Of a DNA stretch of 43,221 bases, positions 24,070 to 36,829 are shown piece after piece. Every line of letters starts with the position of its first letter. Position 1 is the first letter of the stretch. This stretch comes from Octopus bimaculoides (lineage: Eukaryota): the NCBI RefSeq assembly GCF_001194135.2, contig NC_068990.1:31450284-31493504 (forward strand), given 5' to 3'. Position numbers and translations under genes: made by a program. The notes beneath the pieces were generated by a model. The model ran no database searches and was not told the DNA's origin. It saw only the letters and a program-made list of their open reading frames with translations.

Positions 24070-24340
24070 AATGTATTGACTTCCATGCAGCCATCCATCT
24101 TCTCCACCCACCATTCATGGGAGGATCATGTGGGTGGAATCCTCTCAGTTACCTCCTCCATAGAGTCCTGTCAGAAGCATCCATCATCAGACTTTCTAGC
24201 TGGATTCCCAAACATGACCAACTGGGACTATGGATATTATCCAAATGTCTCATTCTTGGTCAACTTCTAGGTCTCCTACTGGGTTACTTGACTTGAAGAA
24301 TCTGTTGAATCTGTTTTGTGATTCTTTCCTATATCAACTT
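24070..24340 (-). mobile_element. RTE-like ORF C-terminal remnant
   Basis: Minus frame RRPRS*PRMRHLDNIHSPSWSCLGIQLESLMMDASDRTLWRR matches the recalled GRPxxRWxDxI...AxDRxxWR end motif. Confidence 0.65.
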
Positions 24341-24342
24341 CT

Positions 24343-24485
24343 TCTTCTTCTTCTTCTTCTTCATTTAACGTTCACCTTCCATGCTGGCATGGGTTGGTCA
24401 GTTTGACAGGAGCTGATCAGGCAAGAGCCTGCACTAGACTTCAGTGTCTGTTTTGGCACAGTTTTACAGCTGGATGCCTTCTTAT
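24343..24485 (-). mobile_element. RTE-family tail with (TTC)n
   Basis: catttaacgttcaccttccatgctggcatgggttgg...tacagctggatgcc is the reverse complement of the tail family at 8835 and 18060. Confidence 0.85.
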
Positions 24486-26767
24486 GCAGCTAATACCCAA
24501 CTTATGCAACAGAAATTAGTTATTTCAAAAATGCACTACTAAATAACAAACACTCATCATATAATAATCATAACTACTCCTAAGCACATTCTACTTTACT
24601 GAAAGATATTGTTTGACAAAATTCAGAGAATCAGTGACACACAACATCAGAACTGTGTTCAGTTGCAGTATTACATTTCACAAATTCCTCACCTAAGTTA
24701 AATCTTATTGAGGACAGATAAGAACTGCAATTATAAGAACCCACCAGTTTATGGTATATTTTATAAAGAAAAACTGGGAAGGTCCAAAATGTTGGTAAAG
24801 AGGAACATTGAAAAGCCTTTATAAGAGGAAAGCAAGTAAGTCAGGAACAGTTGAATATATATGAAACTAAAAAGGAAATTATATACCAATATTGAATATT
24901 TCCCTAATTAATAACAAACTATACAGAAATCCAATACTTGTTAATAACCTTATGAATAAACCAGAGCTCAATATATCAGCCTTTATGAAAAAGAAATTTA
25001 ATTAGTGTAAAAATATAACCTTCGCTATTATATTTTATATTAAATAATTTAGAAACAAAGAAAAGATCTTAGTTTTAATCCAATTCAGTATTATGTACCT
25101 ATCCAGGAATAAGACAACTGATGATACTTGGAAATCAAACCTTGTGTTGATGTAAATATTTTTAAAAAAATGTTTCAATGTTTCAGTTGTAAAGATGTAG
25201 TTAATAGCCTGAAAAATAATCTTTTTAACAATAACTTATCTGAGACATTTAATGGAACCACTTATATTTTCCTTCTTTAATAATTGTTTCTTAAAAAACA
25301 AAATAATAATGTAGGCAACTTGTCTCTTTCCTGTTCAAGACTCTTGATATCTTTGACAGATTTTGTTTTTAGGTTGTTTTATATGGCTAAGCTGAAAATG
25401 AGGAGGTGTGACAAACAGTTAATGACCAAGGAAAGAGTACTTACATCATAAACTGAAAAGTATCAGTGTTGTCACCTTATTGTACATCATTATAACTTAT
25501 AGTATGTTACTAATTGTTATTTTAACCACTTTCTTCTTGACTATTTTCTGAAACTTCCTATTCTGAAGAATTGAGTTTTGTATCAATTCTTTTTATGTTA
25601 TTCATAATAAACATTTAATATACACACATACTTTTGAGAACAGACTCAAAATAGCTTTATTTACATAAAAGTACTTAAAACATAGTCTGCAAAATTCTAA
25701 TTTCTTTAGCACCTAAAATTAAAATTTAGAGTTAATAATTAGTCTGTTAATAAACATTGTTTTATAATAATCAATTTCACAGCTAGATATGAAGATGCCT
25801 TCAGGTGTTAGTTAATAATATTACATAATTATTTTATTATATATGTTATAAACAAATATTTTGTTCTACTTATGGTTCAAAGTGATTTAAGTATTTTAGT
25901 TTTTAAGACTATTATTAAGAAAATTAGATGAAAAAAGAATAACAAAATATATTGTCATATCCTGAAAACACTTCCATCAGTGATTCATCCATGTCTAATT
26001 CAAGTTGCTGAATGCATGAATAAAACCTTTCTTCTTTGTATCCCACAACATATAGTCTTACTAGTAGCAAAGTTAGAGGTGGAGCAACAGAGGAACTGGT
26101 TTCCTGATGCAAACATTTCAAAAGTGGCACTTTTCAACGTGTTTTTTTTTAACTCTTTAAATCACTTGTGTGATAAAAGTCAAATTTCGTTATTTTAAAT
26201 GATTTTTATCAAATAACTTGAAGGAATTTTCTGAACTCATTGCTTTATTTGACCAGCCTCCAAGTGTTTTAAACTATCTGCTCCATTTCCAGCAATGGAC
26301 TCTGGGTCATTGACATCTGGAGAATCAAAATGATGTCATAACCTTCTCTTCGATTCTGGATGACCCCACAGAGATTCATCTCTCTCATGTCACAACCCAC
26401 AATCTCAGTTTTGTATGTAATGACACTGTTATTGAAACATAAAATAAGTGAAAATAGAAAACAAATATATGTTCACCAAGCAGAAAATGTATTTTTCCTT
26501 TCATTTCACTTTCTTCAAACTACTCATTTGTCCACTCTTTCAGTACCAGTTTAGCCCAAGGTATGATCATCACCTAATACACTTGTCAGGATTATTGGCC
26601 AATCAGCCAAAACACTTTCATTATTCCATTGTATTTTGTAACCAACCCCATAGCACTTCACTTATTCTACTCTTTTATTATATAAAGATATCAGAAATGG
26701 TTTTCTTTTGAGAGCAGGTCTGCTGTCAGACCTCATGCCATTGATGTTGGTCAGTCACAGAAATGCT

Positions 26768-26801
26768 TTTCTGCCTGTCTGTCTCTCTCTGTCTGTCTGT
26801 C

Positions 26802-26832
<31 letters not shown>

Positions 26833-26995
26833 ATCTGTCTCTGTCTGTCTGACTGTCTGCCTGTCTCTCTCTCTTTCTCTGTCCCTCTCTCTCCCACACT
26901 CCTTTCTCTCCCACACTCCTTTCTCTCACTGACTCACTGACTCACTCACTCATTCTCTCTCTCTCTCATTCTCTTTCTCCTCTCCTTTTCACATA
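26768..26995. repeat. (TCTG)n/(TC)n/(CACT)n pyrimidine-rich microsatellite
   Basis: Directly visible. Confidence 0.93.
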
Positions 26996-28349
26996 TTTTT
27001 TCTTTTTCTTTCTCATTCCCTCATATGCTTTGACCACAAGCTGAGATAAGCTTCAACAGATTCTGTATTCATGCAAACTCATCAGAAATTCTGCCTTAGC
27101 AATCAAAAGATAAACAAACAAATACTGCACTTGCTGAATGAGACATTGTTCGCAGAAAGAGAATATGCTGATTTCCCAACAACAGTGAACCTGAACATAC
27201 CGTGGTTTGATATAATACAAATTTTATTGCTATTTCTAGCTTACTCATTGTATTTACAAATTTATAAACTTTCAATTCATTCTAAAGACTCCTGATATAC
27301 TGTATAACTCAATGTAATTTTACTGAGTTTAAATGCTTTAATTGTTTATACTCTGTAAGATATTCTATTGCTTGCATTTAATTGTATTTTTTTTAATATA
27401 CCTAACATCTTTTGTTCCTATTGTTTATCCTCAGTATTAAATCATTGTTAGCAGAATGACATTGCCCAACTATCACTTTCTCAAAATCACATGGATAGAT
27501 ACCTACATGTGCACAATACATTTCCTTCTGTTGTCTTCACACATTGATAGACAACTACACATAAGCTTGTATTGCTTCTCTTGCTGTCTTTCTTGCTTAC
27601 CGATATTTATTAAATGTATTATAGCTAATGAGATAATTTGCATAATGTAAGAGAAATGAAGCTGAACATGCATTTGGGCAGTTCATTTATTGATAAGTGA
27701 AAGTCAATGTTGAACCAAAGATGATTGACCATAATTACCATAATATACTCTAGTCACATATTGATACTGTCATAGATATTTGTTTGCTTTTTGTTTTTTC
27801 TGAGAAGGAATGTCATGATGAAAAAATAAGAAGAAACTGCTTGGGTGAGACAGAATGAAGATAAAAGAAGTTGCAAATCATGAAAAAGAATTATGAAAAT
27901 GTTAGACTGAGTAGGTACTTTTCATTCTGCAATCACATGATGTCTGCTGCACCTGATATAAAACCCTCTAAACATTTGGTTCCTACTTTTAGTACAGGAG
28001 TCAGAGACAGTGCTCTGATTGTTCTTGAAGTGAAACTATCAAAAGACTTGGTAGTTCCTATTTTCAGTCCAAGAGCTGGTAACAGGACCCCTGGCTGCTG
28101 TGGCTGTACAGGTGGTAGGAGTAGAACTCCTAGAAGACATGACAAAGTGGAATTATGTATGATCATTAACGATCATATGGAATATCTAGCAGCTGTTTTG
28201 GGAAATACCTGTACCACCATAACACCTGAATTCATACACACTCTGCTTGAGTTAGGTCCTTGTCAGTCTGGTCTTAAAGATAATTTTAACAATTTTCGAA
28301 AAGATGAAGGACATCATTTCAACCAAATTGAAGGAAAATAACAAATTTT

Positions 28350-28847
28350 TAGCGCTAAGTAATATTTATGTATGAGCAAAATTAAGTAAGTTGAAATATG
28401 TTTGTCACATCTTTCAACTGCTAAAAGGCAAATACACTGCAGTTACTGTGGAGAAAAAAAATCTCTCTTATGGTAAAAAGGTATAAAAAACACCTGATCC
28501 ACCCAGTGTCACCATCTATTAGGAATCTCAGACATCGATGTTTCAAGCTTCTTAGCTATTTTCAATGAGATGTACCTAAGAGAAGCAACTCTAAATGGAC
28601 TTATAAAGCTACATCTTATAGGTACATCTCATTGAAAATAGCCAAGAAGCTTGAAACATCAATATCTTAGGTTCCTAGTAGAAGGTGACACTGAATGGAC
28701 CTGGTGTTTTTGTACCTTTTTACCATAAGGGAGATTTTTTTTCCTCCATGATAACTATAGTGTATTTGCCTTTTAGCAGTTGAAATATATGACAAACATA
28801 TTTCAACTTACCTAATTCTGCTCATACATAAACATTGCTTAGTGCTA
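28350..28847. mobile_element. Foldback/MITE-like element with ~229-bp inverted arms and a 40-bp spacer
   Basis: Arm 28350-28578 (tagcgctaagtaat...gatgtaccta) is the reverse complement of 28619-28847 at roughly 88% identity by hand. The outer TA may be a TSD. Confidence 0.9.
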
Positions 28848-28850
28848 ATA

Positions 28851-28973
28851 TTAGGTTGAGGAAAAAGTTTGTGTGCCGTGTTAAAATAATGCTTTTTTAT
28901 ATATATTTTGTGGTGTAAGTGTTCATTCAGTTCATTATTTTAACATGGTGCACAAACTTTTTCCTCAACCTAG
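28851..28973. mobile_element. Mariner-type MITE with ~41-bp TIRs and TA TSD
   Basis: TA|ttaggttgaggaaaaagtttgtgtgccgtgttaaaataatg ... cattattttaacatggtgcacaaacttttt cctcaacctag|TA. TTAGGTTG termini are typical of mariner elements. Confidence 0.85.
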
Positions 28974-31292
28974 TAATTCGTTATTTTAGAAAACACTATG
29001 TTTTAATTCACTTGTTCAATTTGCTTTCCTTCCATTTTACATTTAAAATTAAAATAAAACAGAGGTTTTATTATGCTTTGAAATTTATGAGCTTACTGTA
29101 AAACTTTTTTATTATTTTGATTTTAAATACAAAATAACAATTTTATACTTCCTGTAAAACTTGTCATAAAAATGATTATGGCACCTTTTATTATGCATTT
29201 GCTTCCCCCGACTTTAAAATTTGGTTATGCCACCAACCTTTATATAGCCAAGAATTAAAAAATGCACAGTAGTTAAACAGATTAGAGAGATTAACTAACA
29301 TTTTGCTGGTAGTACTAACCTCTTGAAAACAGATCTTTAGAAATGCAAAAGATGTTACTGTCATGGTTAGATGAATTCTTTTATTTCATGTTCAGTTGCT
29401 CTTTTAGTTATTAATTGACACTTTATTAATTATTTTTTGTTTGTAATTTATCAATGCTTCCATTATGCAACCAAAATTTACCTCTTTTTCATGCAGACAA
29501 TCCTTCCAATTAAGAATGGCGTCTGGAAGTTTTGAAGTCTTGGATTTCAGTCATGTGAGGGCTATGATGTTTGGCAAATAATGTGACTTTTTGTGCCAGC
29601 AGTATTGTTGTGAGAGAAGAACAAGAACAAAAATGTTTTATCACGTTGAAGTCATCAAGGATGATGATTTCTGAGAGAGATGAAGTGAAATTTATGCCTT
29701 CAAAACAAAATGTGAGATAGTCAAACAGCTACTGCTGGTGTTAGGACAAATTTTGGGATCCTTGTTAAGGATGATTTTGATCCAAAGTAACCAGAAGTCT
29801 TTGTTGCATGACAAGGTAAGAGAAGTGAATGGTGGTTGTTGATTTGACACATACATTGACACCACATTTCAGAAGGAATGTGGATTATAGAGTGTAATCT
29901 GGAGAAGAGATTCATTTCTCAAGGGAAATAAGATTTTTGGTTTCCTTCTTAGTAGAAAGTGGTCAGTAGGGTAAATTTTATTTTGGAGTTAGTGTTTTGA
30001 CGAGGGTAGGAAAAAGTTGCCATTAACCCAACTGGAAGCCTGTGACACTGACTGAGCAAAGAGAACCAGTAAAAAAACTGGAGGAGAAGCAGATGTGGAG
30101 TTATGTCAAGTGATTGTACAGCCACCAAAAGTGGTATCCAAGGGTTGGACAACTGGAAACAACCACTTTTTTTAAGGGATACATTTTCCATTGGTACCTT
30201 TTGATAATCAACAGATGGCAACAGATGGAATATTTTGCTACAGCAAGTTCAGAGAATACATCATCAAGAAACCATGGAACATGGTTGGAGATGATCTGAA
30301 TACTTGTAGCATAATAAACACCCAAGAGTCAGATAGTGGTGTTCAACCCTGAAATATGTTAGGCCTCGTCCACAAAAATAAAGGATATTATGGAACCAAC
30401 ACTAGATCAATTGCTTTAGAGTATTCAGGGCTTCTTTGTCATTTATATTTCATATGAACATACTCTTTGAAGTGCTACTTTTGCTATAGTTAAAAATGCT
30501 TCATTGTTCCTAAAATTGTTTTCTTGTGGTAGATTACTGATTTTTGGAGGCAAACACAACTTTATTTCAGAGAAGAAGTAAAATGTATGTTGAATAGGTA
30601 ATTATGCTAGTTTATTTATGTATAGTAAATTGGCAATACATGGTAGATGATAATATACTTTGAGATAAAGATGAAATGTATCATTCATCATAGAAAAGAG
30701 GAAGTAGTGAAGTAATATCTGAAAATATCCCCTTCTTGACTAGAGAACATGGGGTGTATTTCAGACTTGTCCAGTTTATGTCAGTTTTACATAGATTGCT
30801 TGAAATTTTGCAAATGGGATAAAAATGATTTTATAAATTCTATTTGATCATGGTTATCAAATATATTAGTAAATGAAGGAGGCAATGTATATTGGGGAAA
30901 CTATACTGGGAAATTTCTATGTCAAAACTTATATATGTTACATACTTAACATTTATTAAAAGATGCAGGTATATATACGAGTATTTATGATTACATGCCA
31001 CATGCTCACAAATACATTTTTTAACGAATGTTATTTCCAATACCAAATTGCAAATTTTCACATTACACCATAAATGTTCCTATTTATGTTTATTGGATCC
31101 ATTCCAATCTACCCCTATATATTTTTTTAAATAGTAGTAGGTAGTGTTGATAGGTATCAAGTCATACTTGATAGTATCATTTCTATCATTTATGTTGTTG
31201 TTTTCTCCAGAATGCTAAAAATGAATTTTTCTTATCTCATCTTTCAATATACCATTGATCAGATATTTTTCAGATAAAAGTCTCTTGTGAGT

Positions 31293-31294
31293 GC

Positions 31295-31348
<54 letters not shown>

Positions 31349-31569
31349 GCACACACACACACACACACACAAACACAAACACACACACACGCGCACACAC
31401 ACACACACAAACACAAACACACACGCACACACACACATGCACACATACACACACACATGCACAAACACACACACAAACACACATGCATACACCACATACA
31501 TACACACACCACACATACTCATACTCATACACCATGCATACGCACGCACACACACACACACACACACAC
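31293..31569. repeat. Degenerate (CA)n tract, ~275 bp
   Basis: Directly visible; source of the H/T and C/V ORFs. Confidence 0.97.
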
Positions 31570-32112
31570 CTTACATTTAATTCTTTTCTGTTTATGTCTC
31601 CATAGTTCTCTTAACTTTAATAATTTCCAGATACATCTTAGCTTTATTACAAATAATTATGGGAGCTCAAATCACAAAATGTTCTCCAGTTTTACTGATA
31701 TAAATTTTATCATCTGTACTTTAGGATAACATAAAAAAAGTTAAAATATATAATCTATTAAATGATTAAATAAATAATTTGTCATAATAAGTGTCTTTTT
31801 AGATGTTTTGTAAATTACTAAGTCCTTGCAAATAAAATAAATATAGCAAAACTGAAAATGTAAAGTTGAAATTAAAAATTAGAGTTGAAAGATCATCAGA
31901 AGTGTTAAAAGTCACGTCAAATATATGAGTGTTAATCAGCTCAAATATATGTTAGTTCATCAGGAAATGGTAGAAGAGATGGAGTAAATGAAAATGAGAA
32001 TATTTTTTGAACCTGTTTATTAGGACATTTAAAATTGTCCAATTAACACTTTCAGATCTCTCTGTATTGATATTTTTTGAGCTAGTGATCAAATGTAGTG
32101 ACTAAAAAAATA

Positions 32113-32166
32113 CAAAAAAAAAAAAAAAANNNNNNNNNNAAAAAAAAAAAAAAAAAAAAAAAAAAG
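32113..32166. other. Poly(A) run containing a 10-N gap (32130-32139)
   Basis: Directly visible. Confidence 0.98.
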
Positions 32167-33289
32167 ATAGCATTCAAAATAAACAAATATTTTAAAAGAA
32201 AACACTAGAGCTAAATGAGCCAAATAAATAAATAAATAAAATATAAAATGTTTCGTTAGTTCTAAAAGTTACTTTGAAAATGATTTGTATCTTTGTTTTT
32301 ATTTGATTCTCCCTTTTCTCAATGTTTTCATTGCTGTCATAAATCTTGGATCACAAAGTTTCATTGAGATTTGCATGTCTAGAATAGGAATGCAAAAGGA
32401 TTGAGATTTGGAACGATTGCATTAAAAGTTCAAAGCTGATAAAATCCCTCTTAGTTTTAAAAACAAACTACCAAACCATATTGCTAATGAACAGCAGTTA
32501 TACATTTTTGTTTCTTTAAATTTATATATTTAAATATGTTTCATAAAAGCAGAAGGTTATTATTGTTTACATTTTTTCCATGTACTTTTTCTAGTATAAT
32601 TGCAACAAACCTTTCTTAATTGATTTTCTAAAACTCTGAAAAGCATTCTTTCATTTTATCATGTGATTGTAAATATTTCATTAATCAAACCAAGAAAAAT
32701 TGAATGAATTGGCTAAAATGTAAATTCATTTCAATGAAATAGTCAGTAAAAAGTGAACGTTGCTAATTACACTGGAACAGTAAAGAGTTTATTTATGACA
32801 ATAGGTGAATGAATATCTAAATCTCAATACATTAAAACACTGAGCAACAAAATTCTATTGTGAATTGTGATACTCCACAGAATTGTTTCTCTTTGGAATT
32901 ATTTTCTTTGCTACCAAACAAATAGTTCCAAAGAAAGCCTTACTTTACTTACAACATAGTTCACTTATGACATTCATGAATCTTTAGCTGAGAGCCTGAC
33001 ACCAGTCTGTCAGCTGAAGATTTATGAATCTTATTCATTCAAGTTTTTAAAAAATGCTACATGAATTACCAACAGTTTATAAATAGTTAAAATAAATTAT
33101 TGTGAAGGATGAGAAACAGTTACTGAGAATCAAATCATTTTATTTAGCTAAAACATCCAACTTCAGTTTTCAACGCATAAGTGCAACATATTTATTGCAA
33201 ATGACTAGTTCCAACTTCAATTAAAGTATATCATGATGCAATTGAACCATAAAGTAACAATTATGATTTTGTAGCATTCATTGATGCCT

Positions 33290-34750
33290 TAAACATTGAG
33301 TTTTTCCGACGCTTTCTGGTTCTTTGGTGAGTAACCAAGAAATCTGAGTGGTGGAATCATTATGGACCACTCTGCTTTCATGCTTATTGAGCCCAATTTC
33401 TTTGTATGTCACTTCAGAATTCATCAATGGAACATTTATCATCAGTTCCAGAACCCACTTGGGCTGGCTTCTTCAACAACATTCACCAGTGGTACTCCCC
33501 TCAGTAGAATTTTCTTCTTAGCTTGATCTTACTGATGGAGGCTATATTTACAATTGAGATAGAATCAGTTTGATTATCTGGGTATTTGTTATGAGTATAG
33601 TAATAAGTAGCACAAATTAGCTTAGTATGCTTGACTTCTGGATCATAATAATTACTAGGATTAAATTGTCTGAGTAGAGCTTCTCCAGATTTAGACATTC
33701 AATAAGTAAGATCTAGTCCATTGACAAGTGTCGTGGAAAATTAAATAGTTGTCCATGAAATGACTGCTCAATACAGTGCAAAGAGTGGAATTGTTAAAAT
33801 ATTACTCCATCACTTTTCTGCCAACTTTCTTGAACAAAGGGCAAGTATTATTGTACTCTGTAGAATTCTATTTAAACACTCTACTTGGTTGCTTCCAATA
33901 GATGGGGGTGGAGTTGTTTATTTTAAGCAATATTTTTGTTCTCCAAAGAAGTAGAAATATCTCCAGATATAAATTTTAAAGATATTGAATAAATGTAGAA
34001 ACCATCATATGTGAACATTCAAACAAAAAAGAATCCTTGAGTATTCATTTATAATTACAAACAAGTAGTTGTAAGAGTTAAGCATTCAAATGGCTGTAAT
34101 AGCTATAGCCACCTTTTTTGATTGATGAGTGATTTTATTCAAAGTAAGAAAGAGTTCTGGAGAAGAAAGTGACAGGTTTATTACACTATGAAAGGATACC
34201 TGAAATTATAGCACTGGAAACATCAGTTTGAGCAGGTAATGGAATTTCAGGCAAACAAGGTTTGAGAGAGAGGCATACATTAGCCGTTGAAAATTTAAGA
34301 AATAACTATCATCTAGATGTCTCTTTTTACAGCAAAAAGGTAAGGTTGAATTTACTCCAGGAAAAGCAATGCTTGTCTTTTTTAGTATTAACTAGACAAA
34401 CAGTAGATGTAGTTGTTTAGCATTGATAGATGTTGGTTGATCAACAGAGGTATCAATCTTTCCAAGCTACAGAAGAATTATTTTCTATTTTTGTATCCTA
34501 GGTAACAAACAGACGTTAGGCAGAAAAGATATTTGTTATTGTTCAATGCAATGTTGAGTTTGAAATTGAAATAAACTGAGCCAAATTTTTATCATACTTC
34601 TAAATAGTTTTGCTTATGAGAAAACATTGCCATGATGTGAATGCCTTCAATATTGTCATCGATAATTATGCTATCCAGCAATTTTTGAAAACCACTCTGG
34701 CATTAGTCACAGCAAAGAATCAGAATGGCTTTCAATTAGATAGATCAATG
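33290..34750 (-). mobile_element. Possible very old LINE remnant (L1/Tx1-like)
   Basis: Minus fragments IAFPGVNSTLPF, LFNIFKIYIW and SQPKWVLELMINVPL look like RT and post-RT segments, but no diagnostic motif is intact. Confidence 0.3.
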
Positions 34751-35159
34751 ATAGAGCAAATACTTACAAATCAAGCGAATCTTTGAAGGTATGAAGAAGA
34801 ATATACCAGTACTTCTACTTTCTATCATTATTCTCATGTATCATAAACTTTTGTAGTGTGTTGATAACACTACAATGAAATTCTTCCCAATTAAGCATGA
34901 GTTCTCCCATCAGATGAAACTATAGTGTTATTTCCTTCTGACTTTCTCATCTTAGCAAAGATATTAGGGTGGTTTACCATTGCTTTTCCCAACTGCATGG
35001 GCATTGGCAATGAAGGAACACATTTGCCCTTTGACAGATCTTGTTTTTAGTCCTGCTGGGTGTCAAGACACCTTCTTCACAAGAGTAGCGAGCTACTCAT
35101 GAAACAGGTAGTACTGGTTTACATGGTACCAGTAGCAGGTCTCATCAGCCTGACTATCC

Positions 35160-36040
35160 ACTTTCTATAGATTTCATAAAAGTCTTTGATTTGATCCAAA
35201 GAAGGAAAACGAAAGATATTATTATCTTATGGCATTGCTGGAGAAACTGTGAATGCTATAATGATACAGTATCAGAACATTAAAGCTAAAGTTCATTCTG
35301 CTGACAAAAATACAGACTTCTTTCAGATTACTGCCAGAGTTCTACAAGGCAATTCCTTCACACCATAGCTTTTCAGCTTTTGCTTTGATTATGTATTAAG
35401 GAAGTCACTGAACTCAAAAAAAATCACATTGATTTGACTCTTTTACAGAAAAAAAAATGATAGATATCCTGCCAAGAAAATTACAGATGTAGATTATGTC
35501 AACAATCTGGCAATAATCAGGGATCATATGAAAGATGCCATTATCCTCTCACATGCGCTGAAGAAAAATGCCAGTGAGACTGAACTATAAATCAATAATG
35601 CAAAAATGGAATGTCTTACAACCACGATGGAACTGAAAGTTGACACCCTCTGAATGGAGAAAAAATCAAAAGTGAAGAGAACTACAAATACTTTGGACAT
35701 CATATTTCTAAATCTAAGAGTAATATGAAAATCAGGATTAGTAAAGAATGGTGAGCACTTAACTACTTGGATAAGATACAGAAATCTAATCTTTCACAAA
35801 AATTAAAATAAACATCTACAGAGCCACAGTTGAATCAATTTTAGTTTATGGTTTGATAATATGAACACTTGCAGTTCCTATGAACAAAATTGTAAATGAC
35901 TCATACAGCAGAGTGTCCCATGTTGCTCTAAACATCTCATGGTATCAACAAATAGCTAACAAAGAGCTATGCCAAGACATCTCATCTGTTACAAAGACAG
36001 TATGAAAGCACAGGGTGAAATTTATCATTCACTGCTGGTA
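35160..36040 (+). mobile_element. Decayed RTE/RTE-X-like LINE RT region
   Basis: IDFIKVFDLI, LSYGIAGETVNAIMIQYQNIKAKVHSADKNTDFFQITARVLQG, RYPAKKITDVDYVNNLAI, YKYFG and YRATVESILVYG match recalled FVDFxKAFDSI, GVLQGDTLAP and DxDYADDIA motifs. Confidence 0.85.
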
Positions 36041-36509
36041 TAGCATGTATGTATATATGTATATATATCAGATGAAACAGAATCCAAGGAAACTGGTGAT
36101 GGTCTGTGTCAGCAAGACATGTTCTATTTCTAGTTTTGATAGAGAGAAAAAGATGTCTATTACAACCTAATGTGATATAGCAAATTTCTGCTTAGGATTT
36201 CTGTCATTTTTCCTCAAGCACAAAAACAAAGTACAGATGATAGATATCTAGTAGGAATAATGCTTAGGAATTGAACCTGAAGTTACTTTGTACAGACATG
36301 AAATTAACTGTTAAAACCCAAACTGGATTGTGTCAGGGATTGATAGTGTTAGTAAGCATCTAACCATTCTAGTACATAAATCTTGCATGGACATACATGA
36401 ACTGATTCATTGGTAGAAATACCTTTTTTGTTAACAATTAATAATTATTTTTGTATTTGGAATTTACACAGATTTTTCTTCTATTTTGATGTTATAGATA
36501 AATAGCTAA

Positions 36510-36607
36510 GGCTTACAAAGAATAAGTGCTGGGGTCGATTTGCTCGACTAAAGGTGGTGCTCCAGCATGGCTGCGGTCAAATGACTGAAACAAGTAAGAG
36601 AGTAAGA
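36510..36607 (+). mobile_element. 3' fragment of the 11361-11808 SINE family
   Basis: ggcttacaaagaataagtgctggggtcgattt...cagcatggctgcggtcaaatgactgaaaca is close to the reverse complement of 11370-11452. Confidence 0.88.
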
Positions 36608-36619
36608 CATACTTACAAA

Positions 36620-36750
36620 CAGACAGGTGGTAGAGATAGACAAATAGACAGATAGACAGGCAGATAGGTGGATTGATAGATAGCCAGACAGACAGAAAGA
36701 CAAACAGACAGGCAAATAGACAGATAGATAGAGAGACAGGTAGACAGGTA
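36620..36750. repeat. (AGAC)/(AGAT) tetranucleotide tract
   Basis: Directly visible. Confidence 0.9.
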
Positions 36751-36829
36751 GCTATACAAACATAAATTCATATATTATTCAAAACTGTTTTTTGTTTCCT
36801 TGAATCATACAAAAGTCAAAACATGAAAT

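Larger units (their letters stand above)
23600..25150 (+). mobile_element. Decayed Penelope-like element, interrupted by RTE pieces at 24070-24485
   Basis: EKGSNNQQPFLDVMVKRTAVKFRTSLYKK (~23890-23980) matches the recalled PLE RT thumb ExNxxLPFLDVxV...TxVYRK. A ctgatga motif occurs near 25119. Boundaries are uncertain. Confidence 0.5.

Noticed and set aside
36170-36370. Possible decayed tRNA-SINE head on the minus strand
   Set aside because: The A- and B-box-like motifs are too far apart and too degenerate to call.
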